NCBI RefSeq assembly: GCF_036365525.1
Contig: NC_090407.1
Span: 22,348,084 to 22,412,083, forward strand
Direction: 5' to 3'
DNA length: 64,000 bases
From: Heterodontus francisci
Taxonomy: Eukaryota
Each line of letters begins with the position of its first letter. Position 1 is the stretch's first letter. Below are positions 1 to 12,980 of this stretch, piece by piece. The notes under the pieces were generated by a model. That model saw only the letters and a list, made by a program, of their open reading frames with translations. It did no database searches and was not told the DNA's origin. A program made the position numbers and the translations under genes.

Positions 1-499
1 TATCAACAGCAATAATTGGCACAGGACAGTTTACTCATCAGCCAGGAACAGAGCAGGCTAATGCACTACTGCTGATTGGCTACCCACATAGGTCCCTGAC
101 AATGTTGAATAATCCAGAGGATGAAGGGCAATTAAATTCACTGTTACTCATGTAAATATTCTGCTCAAAACTTAAACATTTAGAAAATCCCCAATTTCAG
201 TTTGTTGCTCTCTCCCAATGCCACACACTGTTCTTGGCCAAAGACCTCCCAGTGACATTTCTAGCCACTTACTCAGTTTGGACAGATACCACTTTAACTA
301 GCATTCTATGGCAGCATCAGGTCCAACTGACCCATCAATACAGCTGCACCCTTTTGTGGGATTTTGGTCAAATTTCATGCAGCAGGCGAACTCCATTTCT
401 GTCTAAAATCAGACAGGAATTCAGAAGTTTGACACTTGGTCTGTTTTATGAGGTTCTAATGATTGCACAGAGCCTCACTGCCTAGGAGAACTAGTCATG

Positions 500-635
500 A
501 GTTCTGATCAAAGGTCACAGACCTGAAACGGTAACTCTGTTGCTCTCTCCACAGATGCTGCCAGACCTGCTGAGTATTTCCAGCACTTTCTGTTTTTATT
601 TCAGATTTCCAGCACATGCAGTAGTTTGCTTTTAT
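500..635 (+). mobile_element. Penelope-like terminal-repeat fragment with degenerate hammerhead ribozyme motif
   Basis: AGTT-CTGATCA-AAGGTCACAGACCT-GAAACGGT-AACT followed by the family sequence 'ccacagatgctgccagacctgctgagtatttccagca', also seen at 15301-15400 and 54811-54910. Confidence 0.7.
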
Positions 636-1119
636 TTGCCATGAATTAGGTTGTGCAAGTTCACACATCTGATTCACTGTGAAAGAAGAAGTGGTCATCC
701 TGGAGGCTGCCTTGCTGGGCAATGTTTGTCCCCTGTTAAGTAGAGTCATTATGCTAATAAGGTTCTTGGTTGACTGCCGTGTTGCTTCACTGAGCTTCAC
801 CCTGGCTCTGAACTCCCCAGTATAAAATGGGTGCATGATTCCTGCACTGCCCTGCCTTGAAGCTAGATTACTGTTTCAAAAGTTGATTGTGAAATTGTTT
901 TTTTTTCCAGTTTGCATCTTTCTCCCTGCAATATGTTTTGTTGTTATGGAAGATGTTCCTTTTGCATTACTTTCTTCCCTTTTTCCAAATGAGCATGCAG
1001 CAAAGTGCTGAGGATGGAAATCCCTTTGGGAATTCTAACAGCACCTCATGATTTAGATGAGGTGGTCAAATTAATGAAGGACACTAAATAATTCCAGGGA
1101 CAATGACACCAGCATTATA

Positions 1120-1281
1120 AAAGAAAGATTTGCATTTATACAGCGCCTTTCATGATCTCAGGATATCCCAAAGTGCTTTATAGCCAATGAAGCACTTTTG
1201 AAGTATTGTCACTGTTGTAATGTAGGAAACACAGCACCCAATTTGCAAGCAGCAAGGACCCACAGGCAGCAATGAAATAAT
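1120..1281 (-). mobile_element. Deu-domain SINE, 3' part (split by CR1 insertion; continues ~5208-5340)
   Basis: Reverse complement matches the SINE copy at 53585-53890 (…cacttcaaaa…ttggct…aaggc(g/a)ct…). The sequence resumes with 'gaccagat…gttttat…gagggatcaat…gaccaggacac' after the CR1. Confidence 0.6.
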
Positions 1282-4200
1282 TAGGTACCAAACAGATACT
1301 AAAAGGGAGAGTAGAGGTTTTTTTTTAGCTCATGGATGGGCAGCTGCAACCTGTTGCTTGCAGTTCCTGGGCCATATGGGAACACCAGGACACCATGTGT
1401 CTTGGGTAACCACATGTGTAGGAAGTGTCTCCAGCTGTTTCAGCTCGAGTTCAGGATTTCCGAGCTTGAAGGGCAGCTGGAGTCACTGCAGAGAATCAGG
1501 GAGCAGGAGAGTTTCCTGGATTATACTTTCCAGGAGGTGGTCACCCCACAAGCAGTAGGAGTTCAGGATACTAGGTGGGTGGCCATCCAGAAGACTAGGA
1601 AGAGGCAGGGGGTGCAGGAGTCTTTAGGGTGTATGTCACTCTCAAACAGGTACTCAGCAATGGAGACTGCTGTGAGTGACAATACCCTGAAGGAGTGCAA
1701 TCCAGACCATGGCAACAATGGGCAAGGAACTATACAGGAGGGTAGAAGAGGGAGCAGCAAAGTGTATAAATGCAATTGTTCTAGGAGATTATATAGTCAG
1801 AGGGACAGATATGCATTTCTGTAACAGTCATTGTGAGTCCCACATGTGTGTTGCCTCCCTGGTGCCAGGGTAAAGGACATCGCGGAAAGGATGCAGAATA
1901 TTCTGCAGGGGGAAGGGAGTGAGCCAGAAGTTGTGGTACCCGTTGGTACCAATGACATAGCAAGGGCAGGTATTGGGGTCCTAAGGTCAAATTTTCAGGA
2001 GTTAGGGAGGAAGTTAAAGAGTTGGACCTTGAAGGTAGGAATCTCTGGATTATTCCCAGTCCCATGCACTAGCGAGAGTAGAAATAGGAAGATAGGAAGG
2101 ATCAATGCATGGTGGAAGCATGGTGCAGGAGGGAGGGATTCAGATTCTTGGGGCATTGGGACCAGTTCTGGGTCAGAAGCACCTATTCAAAAGGGATGGG
2201 TTACATCTCAGCAGGACTGGGACCAATGTCCTCGTGGGGAAGTTCACTATTGTGGCTGGGGAGGGTTTAAACTAAATTGGCAAGGGGAAGGAAGTACAAA
2301 AGATGAAGAAGTTCCATGATGTGAGAGCATTGCACAGTACTAGAGAAGGAAGAAGTTCCATATTAGGTAGGAACAGACTGAGAAGGGCGACAAAGAATGC
2401 AAAGACAGGATTACAATGTATGTATGTTAATGCACAAAGTGTAGTGAATAGGGTTGGTCAGCTACAAGCACAAATAGCAGTATAGGAATATGATGTAGTG
2501 GCAATAATGGAAATGTGGCTTAAAATGGTGAGGACTGGGTGCTTAATATACAAGGATATAAAATATTCAGAAAAGATATGAAAGGCAAAAAAGGGAAGAG
2601 GGTGGCAGTACTGATTAGGGAAAACATTGTAGTGTTGGAAAGAGGGGAGGTCCTTGAGGGGGCAAGAACAGAATACATTTAGTTAGAGTTGAGAAGAAAA
2701 AAGGGTATGATAACGCTACTTCTCTGGGCCTCCAAATATTGAGAGAGATATAGAGGAACAATTCTGCAGTGAAGTCACAGATGTACGAGAACTATGGAGT
2801 GGTGATATTGGGACTTTAATTACCCAAATATCAATTGGGCTAATTTTAGAGCAAAGGGAAAGGAAGGGGAGGAATTTCTGGATTATGTTCAGGAGAACTT
2901 CCTTGATCAGTATGTTCTCAGCCCAACTAGAAAAGAGGCATAGCTGGATCTGGTGCTGGGAAATGAGGTGGGCCAAGTGACCAAGTGTCTGTGGGGAAGC
3001 ACTTGGGTAAGAGTGATCATCACATCATAAGGTTTGGGACTTGTAATGTAGAAAAGCAAAGAACGATACAAGGTAGAATGGCTAGCTTGGAAGAGGGCTA
3101 ATTTCAATGCGATGAGAAGGGATCTAGCCAGGATAAAATGGAACCAAAGAATGACAGGCAAAATTATAGCATAACAATGGGTTATCTTTAAAGAAGAGAT
3201 GCGTCAGGTAAAGTCTAGGTACATTCCAATAGGGGTGGAAGGTAGGGGAACAGAAAACAGGGCTCCTCAGATAACAAGGGAGATAGAGATTGTGATGAAA
3301 CGAAAAAAAGAGGGTGTATGATGAACGCCAGGTGAATTCTTCAAGTGAGAACCAGGCCAAATATAATATGTTGAGAGGGGAAGTAAGGAGGAAAATAGAG
3401 AATGAGAATAGCATGGCAATCAACATAAAAGGGAACCCAAAAATCTTTTACTGGCATGTAAATAATAAACAGGTATCAAGAGGTGGGGTGGGGCCTATTA
3501 GGGACAAAGAGGGTAATATATGCTTAGAGGCACAGGGCAAGGCTAGAATATTTAATGAGTACTTTGTTTACTAAGGAAGAGGAATCTGATAAAATATTGA
3601 TAGAAACGGAGGGAGTAGAGGCAATGGATAGGGTAAAAATTGAGAGTGAGGAGGTACTGGAAAGGCTGGCTATGCTTAGGATAGATAAGTCACCTGGTCC
3701 AGATGGCTTGCATCCCAGGTTACTAAAGGAAGTGGGGGTGGAGATAGCAGAAGGGCTTGCTATAATCTTCTAATATTCCCTGGATAGGGGGGAGGTGCTA
3801 GAGGATTGGAGGGTGGCAAATGTGACATCTTTATTCAAGAAAGGGTGTAAGGACAGTCCTAGCAACTGCAGGCAAGTTATCAGTAATTGGTAAGATTTTA
3901 GAACCAATGATCAGGGGGAAATGTCAACAGTCACTTGGAGAGATTTGAGTTAATTAGGAAAAGGCAGCACAGATTTGTAAAAGGCAGATGCTTGACTAAT
4001 CTAATTAAATTTTTTGATGAAGTAACAGAGAAGGTTGATGAAGAGAATGCGGTGGATGTTGGTTATATGGATTTTAAGGAAGCTTTTGATAAAGTATGAC
4101 ATAAAAGGCTGGTTAATAAAATTGAGGCTCATGGGATAGGAGGGTCAGTGTCCAACTGGACAAAAAAATTGGCTCAGGACGGAAGACAGTGCGGTGTGGT

Positions 4201-5207
4201 AAATGGTTATTTTTCAGACTGGAGGATGATAGACAGTGGGGTTCCCTAAGGGTGCTGGGACCACTGCTTTTTTGCTATATATCAATGACTTGGATCTTGG
4301 AATACAGAGTAGAATCTCAAAATTGGGAGTGTGGCAAACATGAGGATGATATGAACCGCCTGCAATGGGACATAGACAGGCTAGCAGAATGGGTAGACAA
4401 GTGGCAGATGGAATTTAATACAGAAAAGTGTGAGATGATGCATTTTGGCAGAAATGATAGAGTGAGGCAATATAAACCTAATGGCGCAGTTCTAAGAAGT
4501 GTGCAGGAACAGAGGGACCTGGGGGTGCATTTGCATAGATCTTTGAAGGTGGCAGGATATATTGAGAGAATGGTTAGCAAAGCATATGGGACCTTGGCCT
4601 TCATAAATAGAGGCATTGAATACAAAAGCAGGGAAGTTATGCGGAATCTTTATAAAGCTCTGGTTAGGCCCCAACTAGAGTATTGCGTCCTCACCACACT
4701 TCAGGAAGGATGTGAGGGTCCTTGAGGGAATACAGAGGAGATTTACCAGAATGGTTACAGGGATGGGGGATTTTAATTACAAGGTTAGGTTGGAAAAGCT
4801 GGTGTTTTTTCCCCTGGAGCAAAGGAGATTAAGGGGAGATTTGATAGAGGTGTACCAGATTATGACAACTTAGATGAGTTAGACAAGGAAAAACTGTCCC
4901 ATTAACTGATAGTATGAGAACTAGGGGTCACAGATGGAAGGTTTTGAGCAAGAGATGTGGGGAAATGTGAGGAAGAACTTTCTTTATGCAGCGAGTGGTA
5001 ATGACGTGGAACTAGCTGCCCAGGGGGGTGGGGAAGCAGAGACAATGATTTCAAAAGGAAATTGGATGGGAACTCGAAGGAAGTAAACTTGCAGGGCTAC
5101 AGGAATCAAGCAGGGGAGAGGGACTGACTGGATTGTTTTGCGGAGAGCTGACATGGACTCGGTGGACCAAATGGCCTCTTCTATGCTGTAAATGACTCTG
5201 AATCTAT
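1282..5207 (+). mobile_element. Near full-length degenerate CR1 LINE (ORF1 zinc finger/SGNH esterase; ORF2 APE endonuclease + RT)
   Basis: ORF fragments in order: HMCRKCLQL…RISELEGQL, CLPGARVKDI…VPVGTNDI (esterase), CMYVNAQSV (APE start), KSPGPDGLHPRLLKE, WQMEFNTEKC, LYKALVRPQLEYC. Multiple frameshifts and stops. Confidence 0.85.
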
Positions 5208-5789
5208 GACCAGATGAAATGTTTTATTTGATGTTAACTGAGGGATCAATTTTGACCAGGACACTGGGCAGAACCCCTTTGCTCCTCTTTGAAACCGTGT
5301 AATGGCATCTTTTACGTCTGTCTGAGAAGATAGCAGCTCTTCACTGGGTGGTGCCCTGTCAGTGCAGGCGATGCCCTGTCACGCGCAGTCTGCTGGAAGC
5401 ACGTTCAAGATATCCATATTTTAGAGAGATTAGTAAAGTTCCAGCAGCAACCCATGGTCACTTCACATTCTTCCTTGAGTGTATTTCAAGTATCGCTTCT
5501 AGTGGCAATATTGGTTCAATATACGCATGTCACACTTCAAAATTGCAACTTGTAGCTTCTCTGCAATAAAGTCTGTAGAAAAGATGAAATGTTTGTTGTC
5601 CTGATTTGCACGCTGAGTTCCTTAGGGTGTTGCAGGTTCCAGTTTTGGTTCGTGCCAGATGTGTTAGGCTTCAAAAGTAAGAATGTTGTAGCAAAAGCAT
5701 ACACTTACCTTAGCACACTTCCTGAATCCGAGAAACCTCTTCTGCAGCACTTGGGAGAGTGGTCACTCTGAGCCCCCTCCAGGCAAACA

Positions 5790-6140
5790 GCATGATCCCA
5801 CCATCCTCCACCCAAGCAGCACGACCCCCACCACCCTCTACCCAAGCAGCGCGACCCCCATCACCCTCCACCCAAGCAGGGTGACCCCCCACCACCCTCC
5901 TTCCAAGCATCGCGACACACCCACCACCCTCTACCCAAGCAGCGCGATCCCCATCACCCTCCACCCAAGCAGGGTGACCCCCCCCACCACCCTCCTTCCA
6001 AGCAGCGCGACACCCCCACCACCCTCCACCCAAGCAGGGTGACCCCCCCCCACCACTCTCCTTCCAAGCAGCGCGACACCCCCACCACCCTCCACCCAAG
6101 CAGTGCGACCCCCACCACCTTCCATCCATCATCGCAACAC
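5790..6140. repeat. C-rich minisatellite (~30-bp alternating units, core CCACCCTCCACCCAAGCAG)
   Basis: About 11 directly visible tandem units; produces the repetitive WVEGGG ORFs. Confidence 0.9.
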
Positions 6141-7769
6141 CCAAATTCACTTTCCTTTGCAGCACTTCCTACACTTTGACCTCTGTGGCACTAGTAACAA
6201 GTAATTGGTGAGGAAACAAAAACACACCTCCTTTAAGGATTAGCAGCAGCCTTTGAACAACAACTACATGGACAAGTTTCCCTATCCCCAACACCCACAA
6301 CCACCCAGCTAATAATCAGCCTACTATCTAGACTCCCTACATACATTGTTCCTGCATAGAGAGACTATTAAAATGAAGTGGGAGGACCTAGTTTTACACC
6401 TTTTGCCACTCATGTCCCTTTAAATGAAGTAGTACTGATGAAGTTAGTGATTTCATTGAACGTTTGAGATTAATTTTTCAGGATCTAACTGACCAATCCA
6501 TGTAACCCACACAGGGCATTAAAAACACACAGCCCTGGTTACAAAGAGTATCAGAAGAGAAGGTTGCCTCCCTCTCACTGTTACCCTATAACATATTGAT
6601 GGGGTTTTGAGCTTATACAAAAGTTGTAGATCTGGACAATCTATTGGTGCTCTCAATACATTTCCAAAAGCCATGACAGAGCAATTTCTTGCTTCGATCA
6701 CATGCTAGTAATTTCTAGACAATTGAGAAATTCAGAGGCAAATTGTTTTGCTAAGAATGATTTGCATAGTGGGCCAGAATGCCCGTTACAAACAAAGCTT
6801 GTCAAACAGCTGGATTTCCCTGAGCATGTTCTGTGATGAGGGGCTTCTGGCTCTGAAGGCCCGGGATGACTGTGCTGGAAATACCACATTGCTCTGAATA
6901 GCATGGTCAGGTAAATGCAGGTCACAGGCAATAGAATCTTTCTATATTGTCTCAATTGACATTTCTTCAAGCCTCTTGTTGTCAGTTGTGCCAAATTAGG
7001 GTCAATAGGTGGGAGTCTGTGCCGTGGGTCTTGCGCTTACACTATAGGGGGCTGTCCCATCTAATCATCCAAATGCAGTTGAATTTCAAAACCAAGTGTT
7101 ACACAGATGTGACTTTGTAAAATCTGATTATTATTTCACACAATTAACAAAGAAGTGAGGTTTAGATCAAATCACAGTAAGAACATTCTTCATTTTAATT
7201 TGTGTTTTTTCTCCCATTTGTTTCCTTCCATTTTTCAGATCTCCCTGCTTTTGGTGAAGACAGGTTCTTTGTTATCCTTACACCAAACTATCAAGCTTTG
7301 ACACCTTAGACCCTGCATGTGACCACAGTGTATCAGTCTGTCAATGTCCTTCACCAGCAACTGAACATTACTTTTACTTTAAAATGCAGGTTTATTCACA
7401 TCTCAGATGCAGAATATCCATTAACAATGCTGGACAGGGATGGGAGAGGTGTAGAGAGAGTGCGGAGAGCCCCTGAAAGGGATGGAAGAGGTGTAGACGG
7501 AGTACAGACAGATCCTGAGCTGGGGTTGGAGGGGTGCAGACAATGTGCAGACAGCTCAATCTGATGAAATTGACCAAAACGGCAATTTGTTTCACACCAT
7601 CAATATCCAAATTAATAATCAAAAAAGTATATTTAACACAGGGCTGAAGGAATGAATCAGGCCCAATAATTGAGTGAGTGAGATATCAATCACAACAATA
7701 CAAAGGGGGAGAAAGCAAAGGTGAGTCACACAGGCAGAGGGAGGGAGAAAGGGAGATAAAGAGACAAAT

Positions 7770-7810
7770 GGAAGAAGAGATAGAGAGAGAGAGAGAGAGA
7801 GAGTGATAGG
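7770..7810. repeat. (GA)n microsatellite within purine-rich tract 7700-8260
   Basis: Visible AG run. Confidence 0.85.
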
Positions 7811-8329
7811 TGAAAGGGAGGCAAAGAATAACAGGGAGAGCATGGACTGAAGGGGGAGATGATGAGACAGACAGAGGGACTAAGAAGAGGAGAGTTGGGA
7901 AACTATGCAGAGAGGGAGCGAGTTACAGGGAGAGAGGGGGAATGTGAGAAGAGAAAGACAGGAAGAAATACCAGAAGTGAATGTTACATGGAGAAAGAAA
8001 AATGCAGAGGCAGAGAGATGCATTTATATAGTGTCTTTAAATGTAGAAAAAAAGGCTCAAGAAAAAGAGCATGGTAAGCCAAAGGCGAAGAAATTAGGAA
8101 GGGATGACCAAAACCTTGATCAGGCAGAGCAGGTTAGAGAGGAAATTCCAATGAAAGCACAGCCACAAATGATGGGACAGGGAGGGATGTGCAAGAAGCT
8201 GGAGTCAGAGAAGCAAAATTTAGGGAGGGGTTATTGAGTTGGAGATAGGGAGGGACAAAGCCACAAATGGATTGAAACATAATTACAAAATTTCAAATTG
8301 AAATGTTGAGGAAGACAAAATCCAAGAAG

Positions 8330-8812
8330 ACAGAAAGATTCACGAGAATGGTTCCAGGGATGGGGAACTTCAGTTATGAAGATAGATTGGACAAGTTAGG
8401 ACTATTTTCCTTGGAGAAAAGAAGTCTGAGAGGTGATTTGATAGAGGTATTCAAAATCATGAGAGGTCTGGACTGAGTAGACAGAGAGAAACTGTTCCCA
8501 CTTGTGAAAGGATCAAGAACGAGAGGGCACAGATTTAAAGGATTTGGTAAAAGAAGCAAAAGCAACATAAAGAAAAACTTTTTCACGCAGTGAGTGGTTA
8601 CGATCTGGAATGCACTGCCTGAGAGTGTGGTGGAGGCAGGTTCAGTTAAAGCATTCAAAAGAGAATTATACACATATGAAAAGGAAGAATGTGCAGGGTT
8701 CTGGGGAGAAGGTGGGGGAGTGGCACTAGGTGAAATACTAATTAGGAGAGCTGGTGCAGACACGATGGGCTGAATGGCTTCCTTCTGCGCTGTAACAATT
8801 CTGTGATTCTGT
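8330..8812 (+). mobile_element. CR1 LINE 3' fragment
   Basis: RFTRMVPG…[21 protein letters not shown] coding remnant plus CR1 3' tail ending in (attctgtg)n; near-identical to 50965-51435. Confidence 0.85.
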
Positions 8813-9227
8813 GAAGACAGGGGTGATGGCTAAATTGGAACTGCTGCAGGATAGGATACGGGCAGCTGAATTTTGGATGTGCTGAAGTTTATGGAGGGTG
8901 GAATATGCACAGACTGAGCAACTGAAACATGACAACATAGAAAACTTGTAAAATAATCAAAATTTGGAAATTAATCACACACCAGCTTCTGGATTTATTG
9001 TTCTTATAAGTTTAATTTACTATTTAATAAATCTAAATAAAAATTAAAGACCCTAGAGTGATTGATGGTATAATTGGAGTTGCTATAATCATATCTAATG
9101 ATTTTTGTTTTAAATAGTACATTTTATAGAATAATTTTGTCTGGTTAGTTCCAATGCGAAGGCATCTTTTCTACTTGTGAAAAGTATTTTAAATTTTTTT
9201 CACTAAAGTCTCCACGGCCCCTCTTAC

Positions 9228-9699
9228 CCTTATTGTGTCGAGCTCGCTCTCTCCGATTTGGCTTCTTGTGGTCTCTGTTGTGCTTTTTCCCTCTATTTGC
9301 AGACTCTCCTGTTGGGTAATTTTCTGGTTCTCGAGGATAAAATTGACCACTCTGACCCATAACTCCCTCCTGCTGCATTGCTGCTGTTCTTTCCAGACTG
9401 TCTGTCTCCACATGCACTGGAGTCAGACTCTCCAATCCCACACTGTCCTCATCTGGTCTGTCTGCCTCCAGTACTCTGGTTACCATGGTGTTGGCCTTGT
9501 CCTTCCTCTGCATGCCATGTTTACGGCCTGGTCTGGGTGGGTCCTGCCAAGACTCACGTCTCTTCAGATTATTACTGCTGTCTGGTGGCTGCAGTGTGCT
9601 TTTCTTTCCACTAGTTCCAGCTTCCAGAGCACAGATCTGGCTTAGACCATCAAAAGCCAAGAGGAAGAGGAAAGGAGGCATAAGGTACCAGTGAGCCAT
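9228..9699 (-). CDS. DRAXIN: Draxin (dorsal inhibitory axon guidance protein), first coding exon; gene continues left of window
   Basis: Acceptor tttttcAG at 9715-9714, ATG at 9699, and hydrophobic signal peptide MAHWYLMPPFLFLLAF. The basic segment YPREPEN.PTG…KKHNRDHKK.NRRERARHNKG resembles human YPEKENRPPG…RKRSREHKRRRDRLRLHQG. Phase-1 donor G|GTAAGA at 9227. Head-to-head with MAD2L2 as in human. Confidence 0.85.
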
Positions 9700-9796
9700 T
9701 TTCTTCACACAATCTGAAAAAGAAACACGTGATGTGAGCCAGACAGTTTGGCTTCAACTGTTGATTAAGTGTTATCTTCTGCACATCATTCAGTTA

Positions 9797-11047
9797 CAAA
9801 GAACAAACAAAGAACAAAGAACAGTACAGCACAGGAACAGGCCATTCGGCCCTCCAAGCCTGCGCCGATCTTGACGCCTGCCTAAACTAACACCTTCTGC
9901 ACTTCCGGGGCCCATATCCCTCTATTCCCATCCTATTCATGTTTTGTCAAGATGCCTCTTAAACGTCATTATCGTATCTGCTTCCACCACCTCCCCCGGC
10001 AGCAAGTTCCAGGCACTCACCACCCTCTGTAAAAAACTTGCCTCGCACTAAACTTTAAACTTTGCCCCTCACACCTTAAACTATGTCCCCTAGTAACTGA
10101 CTCTTCCACCCTGGGAAAAAGCTTCTGACTATCCACTCTGTCCATGCCGCTCATAACTTTGTAAACCTCTATCATGTCGCCCCTCCACCTCCGTCATTCC
10201 AGTGAAAACAATCCGGGTTTTTCCAACCTCTCCTCATAGCTAATGCCCTCCAGACCAGGCAACATTCTGGTAAACCTCCTCTGTACCCTCTCCAAAGCCT
10301 CCATGTCCTTCTGGTAGTGTGGCGACCAGAATTGCACGCAATATTCTAAGTGTGGCGTAACGAAGGTTCTGTACAGCTGCAACATGACTTGCCAATTTTT
10401 ATACTCTATGCCCCGACCGATGAAAGCAAGCATGCCGTATGCCTTCTTGACTACCTTATCCACCTGCGTTGCTACTTTCAGTGACCTGTGGACCTGTACA
10501 CCCAAATCTCTCTGCCTGTCAATACTCCTAAGGGTTCTGCCATTTACTGTACACCTGCATTAGACCTTCCAAAATGCATTACCTCACATTTGTCCGGATT
10601 AAACTTCATCTGCCATTTCTCCGCCCAAGTCTCCAACCGATCTATATCCTGCTGTATCCTCTGACAATCCTCGTCATTATCCGCAACTCCACCAACCTTT
10701 GTGTCGTCCGCAAACTTACTAATCAGACCAGCTACATTTTCCTCCAAATCATTTATATATACTACAAACAGCAAAGGTCCCAGCACTGATCCCTGCGGAA
10801 CACCGCTAGTCACATCCCTCCATTCAGAAAAACACCCATCCACTGTTACCTTCTGTCTTCTATCACCGAGCCAGTTCTGTATCCATCTTGCCAGCTCACC
10901 TCTGATCCCGTGTGACTTCACCTTTTGCACCAGTCTGCCATGCGGGACCTTGTCAAAGGCTTTACTAAAGTCCATATAGACAACATCCACCGCCCTTCCC
11001 TCATCAATCATCTTCGTCACTTCCTCAAAAAACTCAATCAAATTAGA
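9797..11047 (-). mobile_element. CR1 LINE, 5'-truncated, relatively young
   Basis: RT ORFs [13 protein letters not shown]…[10 protein letters not shown]…KFADDTK and LYRTFVTPHLEYC; (aagaaca)n tail at ~9798-9822. Confidence 0.9.
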
Positions 11048-12739
11048 TTAACCTGCACTTTCTATAATCAGCTTTAGTGTATGCAAATAACAATCAAAAC
11101 TCTCCCAACAGTTCAGCTGCTAAAGGCTGTGCATAACTACCCAGTTTGATTAGGACAAGGTTTGGGATTCTGTTGCTCGACTATTTAGATTTAGCTGACA
11201 TCAATCAAAATCATTGTAGGAGCATTCCAATTTGTCTCAGCGTCCTGCATTACAATAGGGGCGAGGAGGGGGAGATTCAACTAAATTATCATGCACAGTG
11301 ACCCCTGATGGATCTCAAACCCCAAGAGGTGGCGCCTTCAGGAAAATAATGGGACTCGGGGATGGAATTGGCAAGATGACTAACAAAACCTAAACCTCTG
11401 CTGTTATCGTGCTCGTGTCACGCTCTGTGACTCAGGGTTAAGGAGAAGGAAAATCTGGCCCTGAACACCATTCAGTGCCTCCCGCTGGAAAATGCACGTG
11501 GTGTGTAAAGGATGAGGGCAGGATTTGGGTCAGTGGTGATCCCATTATGGCAAATATGGTGTCTACACTCAATGTCTGGGCTAACAACAACTTGGTTGGT
11601 CAATGCACCCATGGAACTGTACGCCAGCAAGAAAAACATCTTCGGGGACCGGCGGGGTAGGGAGAAATTTAGACAGAGGAAAAGAAAAATTAAAAGATCA
11701 ATGTGACCGACGAACTAGAAGACTAGGCTTTGCAAAAACAGCCACACAATAATAATACATTGTACTGTAGCTTTAGTATCTAAATAAACGTGCGACTATT
11801 GAAAAGGCTGAGAAAGTAATAGTTTGGAAAGGATGATTATATTCTGCAGGACTTATTCATATTTAACATCTCTATTCTTGAATAGGAATCTCCCCGGCCC
11901 CAGGGATAATGTTAATTATTTGTAGCTCCCCGGAGAGATACTCGCTCACCTCCCATCTGCTCTAACACCGAACATTACTTCGAGCTTCAGGATAAATTTG
12001 CAGCATCTTCAATAAGTACCGCCCCAGAATTCCAGCTCTCCGGCATCACTTCCATACATCGGCCACTTGCACTGAGCACCTTGACTAAAACCCGAACCGA
12101 CAAACTATCAGGAACGTCCTTGGTGTCAGATTCACGAAGCACTGTTTCCAAGTCTCATTAAACATGTGCATCACCTCCACTCCCATCCGCGGGGTCTGGT
12201 CAAATGTTCAAAGCAGTGCCTGAGTCCAGTTACCATACAGACCGTTCAATACCCTATGTCCAATACACGCACAAAAACAGTACCAGGGTTCAAACCGTGA
12301 ACGAACTTCTCCTCCTACATTACTGGATATCAAATCCCTAGTACTTCGTACAAAACAGGAACACACCTTTTCCAATCGGAACAAGCTGCCGACAACCAAA
12401 TACATAAATTAAATAGCACGATCTTTTATACACACCCAGCCACACAATACATGTTCATTACTCCCCCAAACCCGTCCGACACGCAACCCACCTTGGACTC
12501 CTTTTCAGTTTGGCAGAAAACAATTTACACACAAATTGGTTTCTTAACCCATGACTCGAGAGACACAGCGAGGTGCATACACAGACAGACACACACAAAC
12601 CAACAGACACACACAAACCAACACACACACATAGACTTTCATTCTGACAAATCACCTGCTATTGTCTCTGCTCCAATAAACACAAAACATTCTGAAAATC
12701 CTCAAAGAGGGCTTGGAGGTGCGATAAGGTGAATAGACA

Positions 12740-12980
12740 GACCTCGCCCCGAATAATGTTAAAAAGGACGTCCTTTGGGATTGAGCATCCCCGCCGGTCC
12801 GGACACTTCCTACCTGTCTGTCTCCGGGGGACGGGGGTGCAAAGAGCGACTGCCTCCCACAATCTGATGGAACCGAAGATGCAATATTCCAGAGACTGGG
12901 ACAGAGCTGGGCATCCGCGCTCCTGGGGCGCGCTCCCGACAAATGATGTCAGCGACAGACGGAGGCGGGCACAAATCGAA
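12740..12980 (-). promoter_or_regulatory. DRAXIN: CpG-rich candidate DRAXIN promoter / non-coding exon 1
   Basis: Local CpG enrichment; minus-strand donor CAG|GTAGGA at 12813 (alternative CAG|GTGATT at 12655). The coding exon has a splice acceptor 14 nt before its ATG, implying an upstream UTR exon. Confidence 0.5.

Noticed and set aside
495-836. 113-aa minus-strand ORF
   Set aside because: No recognisable homology; its 3' half runs through a Penelope-like repeat.
5790-6140. CRISPR-like repeat array
   Set aside because: Eukaryotic context, no unique spacers, no cas genes; simple tandem repeat.
5710-6165. Gly/Trp-rich repetitive protein
   Set aside because: Translation of a minisatellite, with no start context or homology.
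6786-6874. Possible next DRAXIN coding exon after TTTCCAG acceptor (AQSSRAFRARSPSSQNML…)
   Set aside because: In-frame TAA before any good donor and no recognisable draxin similarity; no downstream draxin exon was found in 1-9227.
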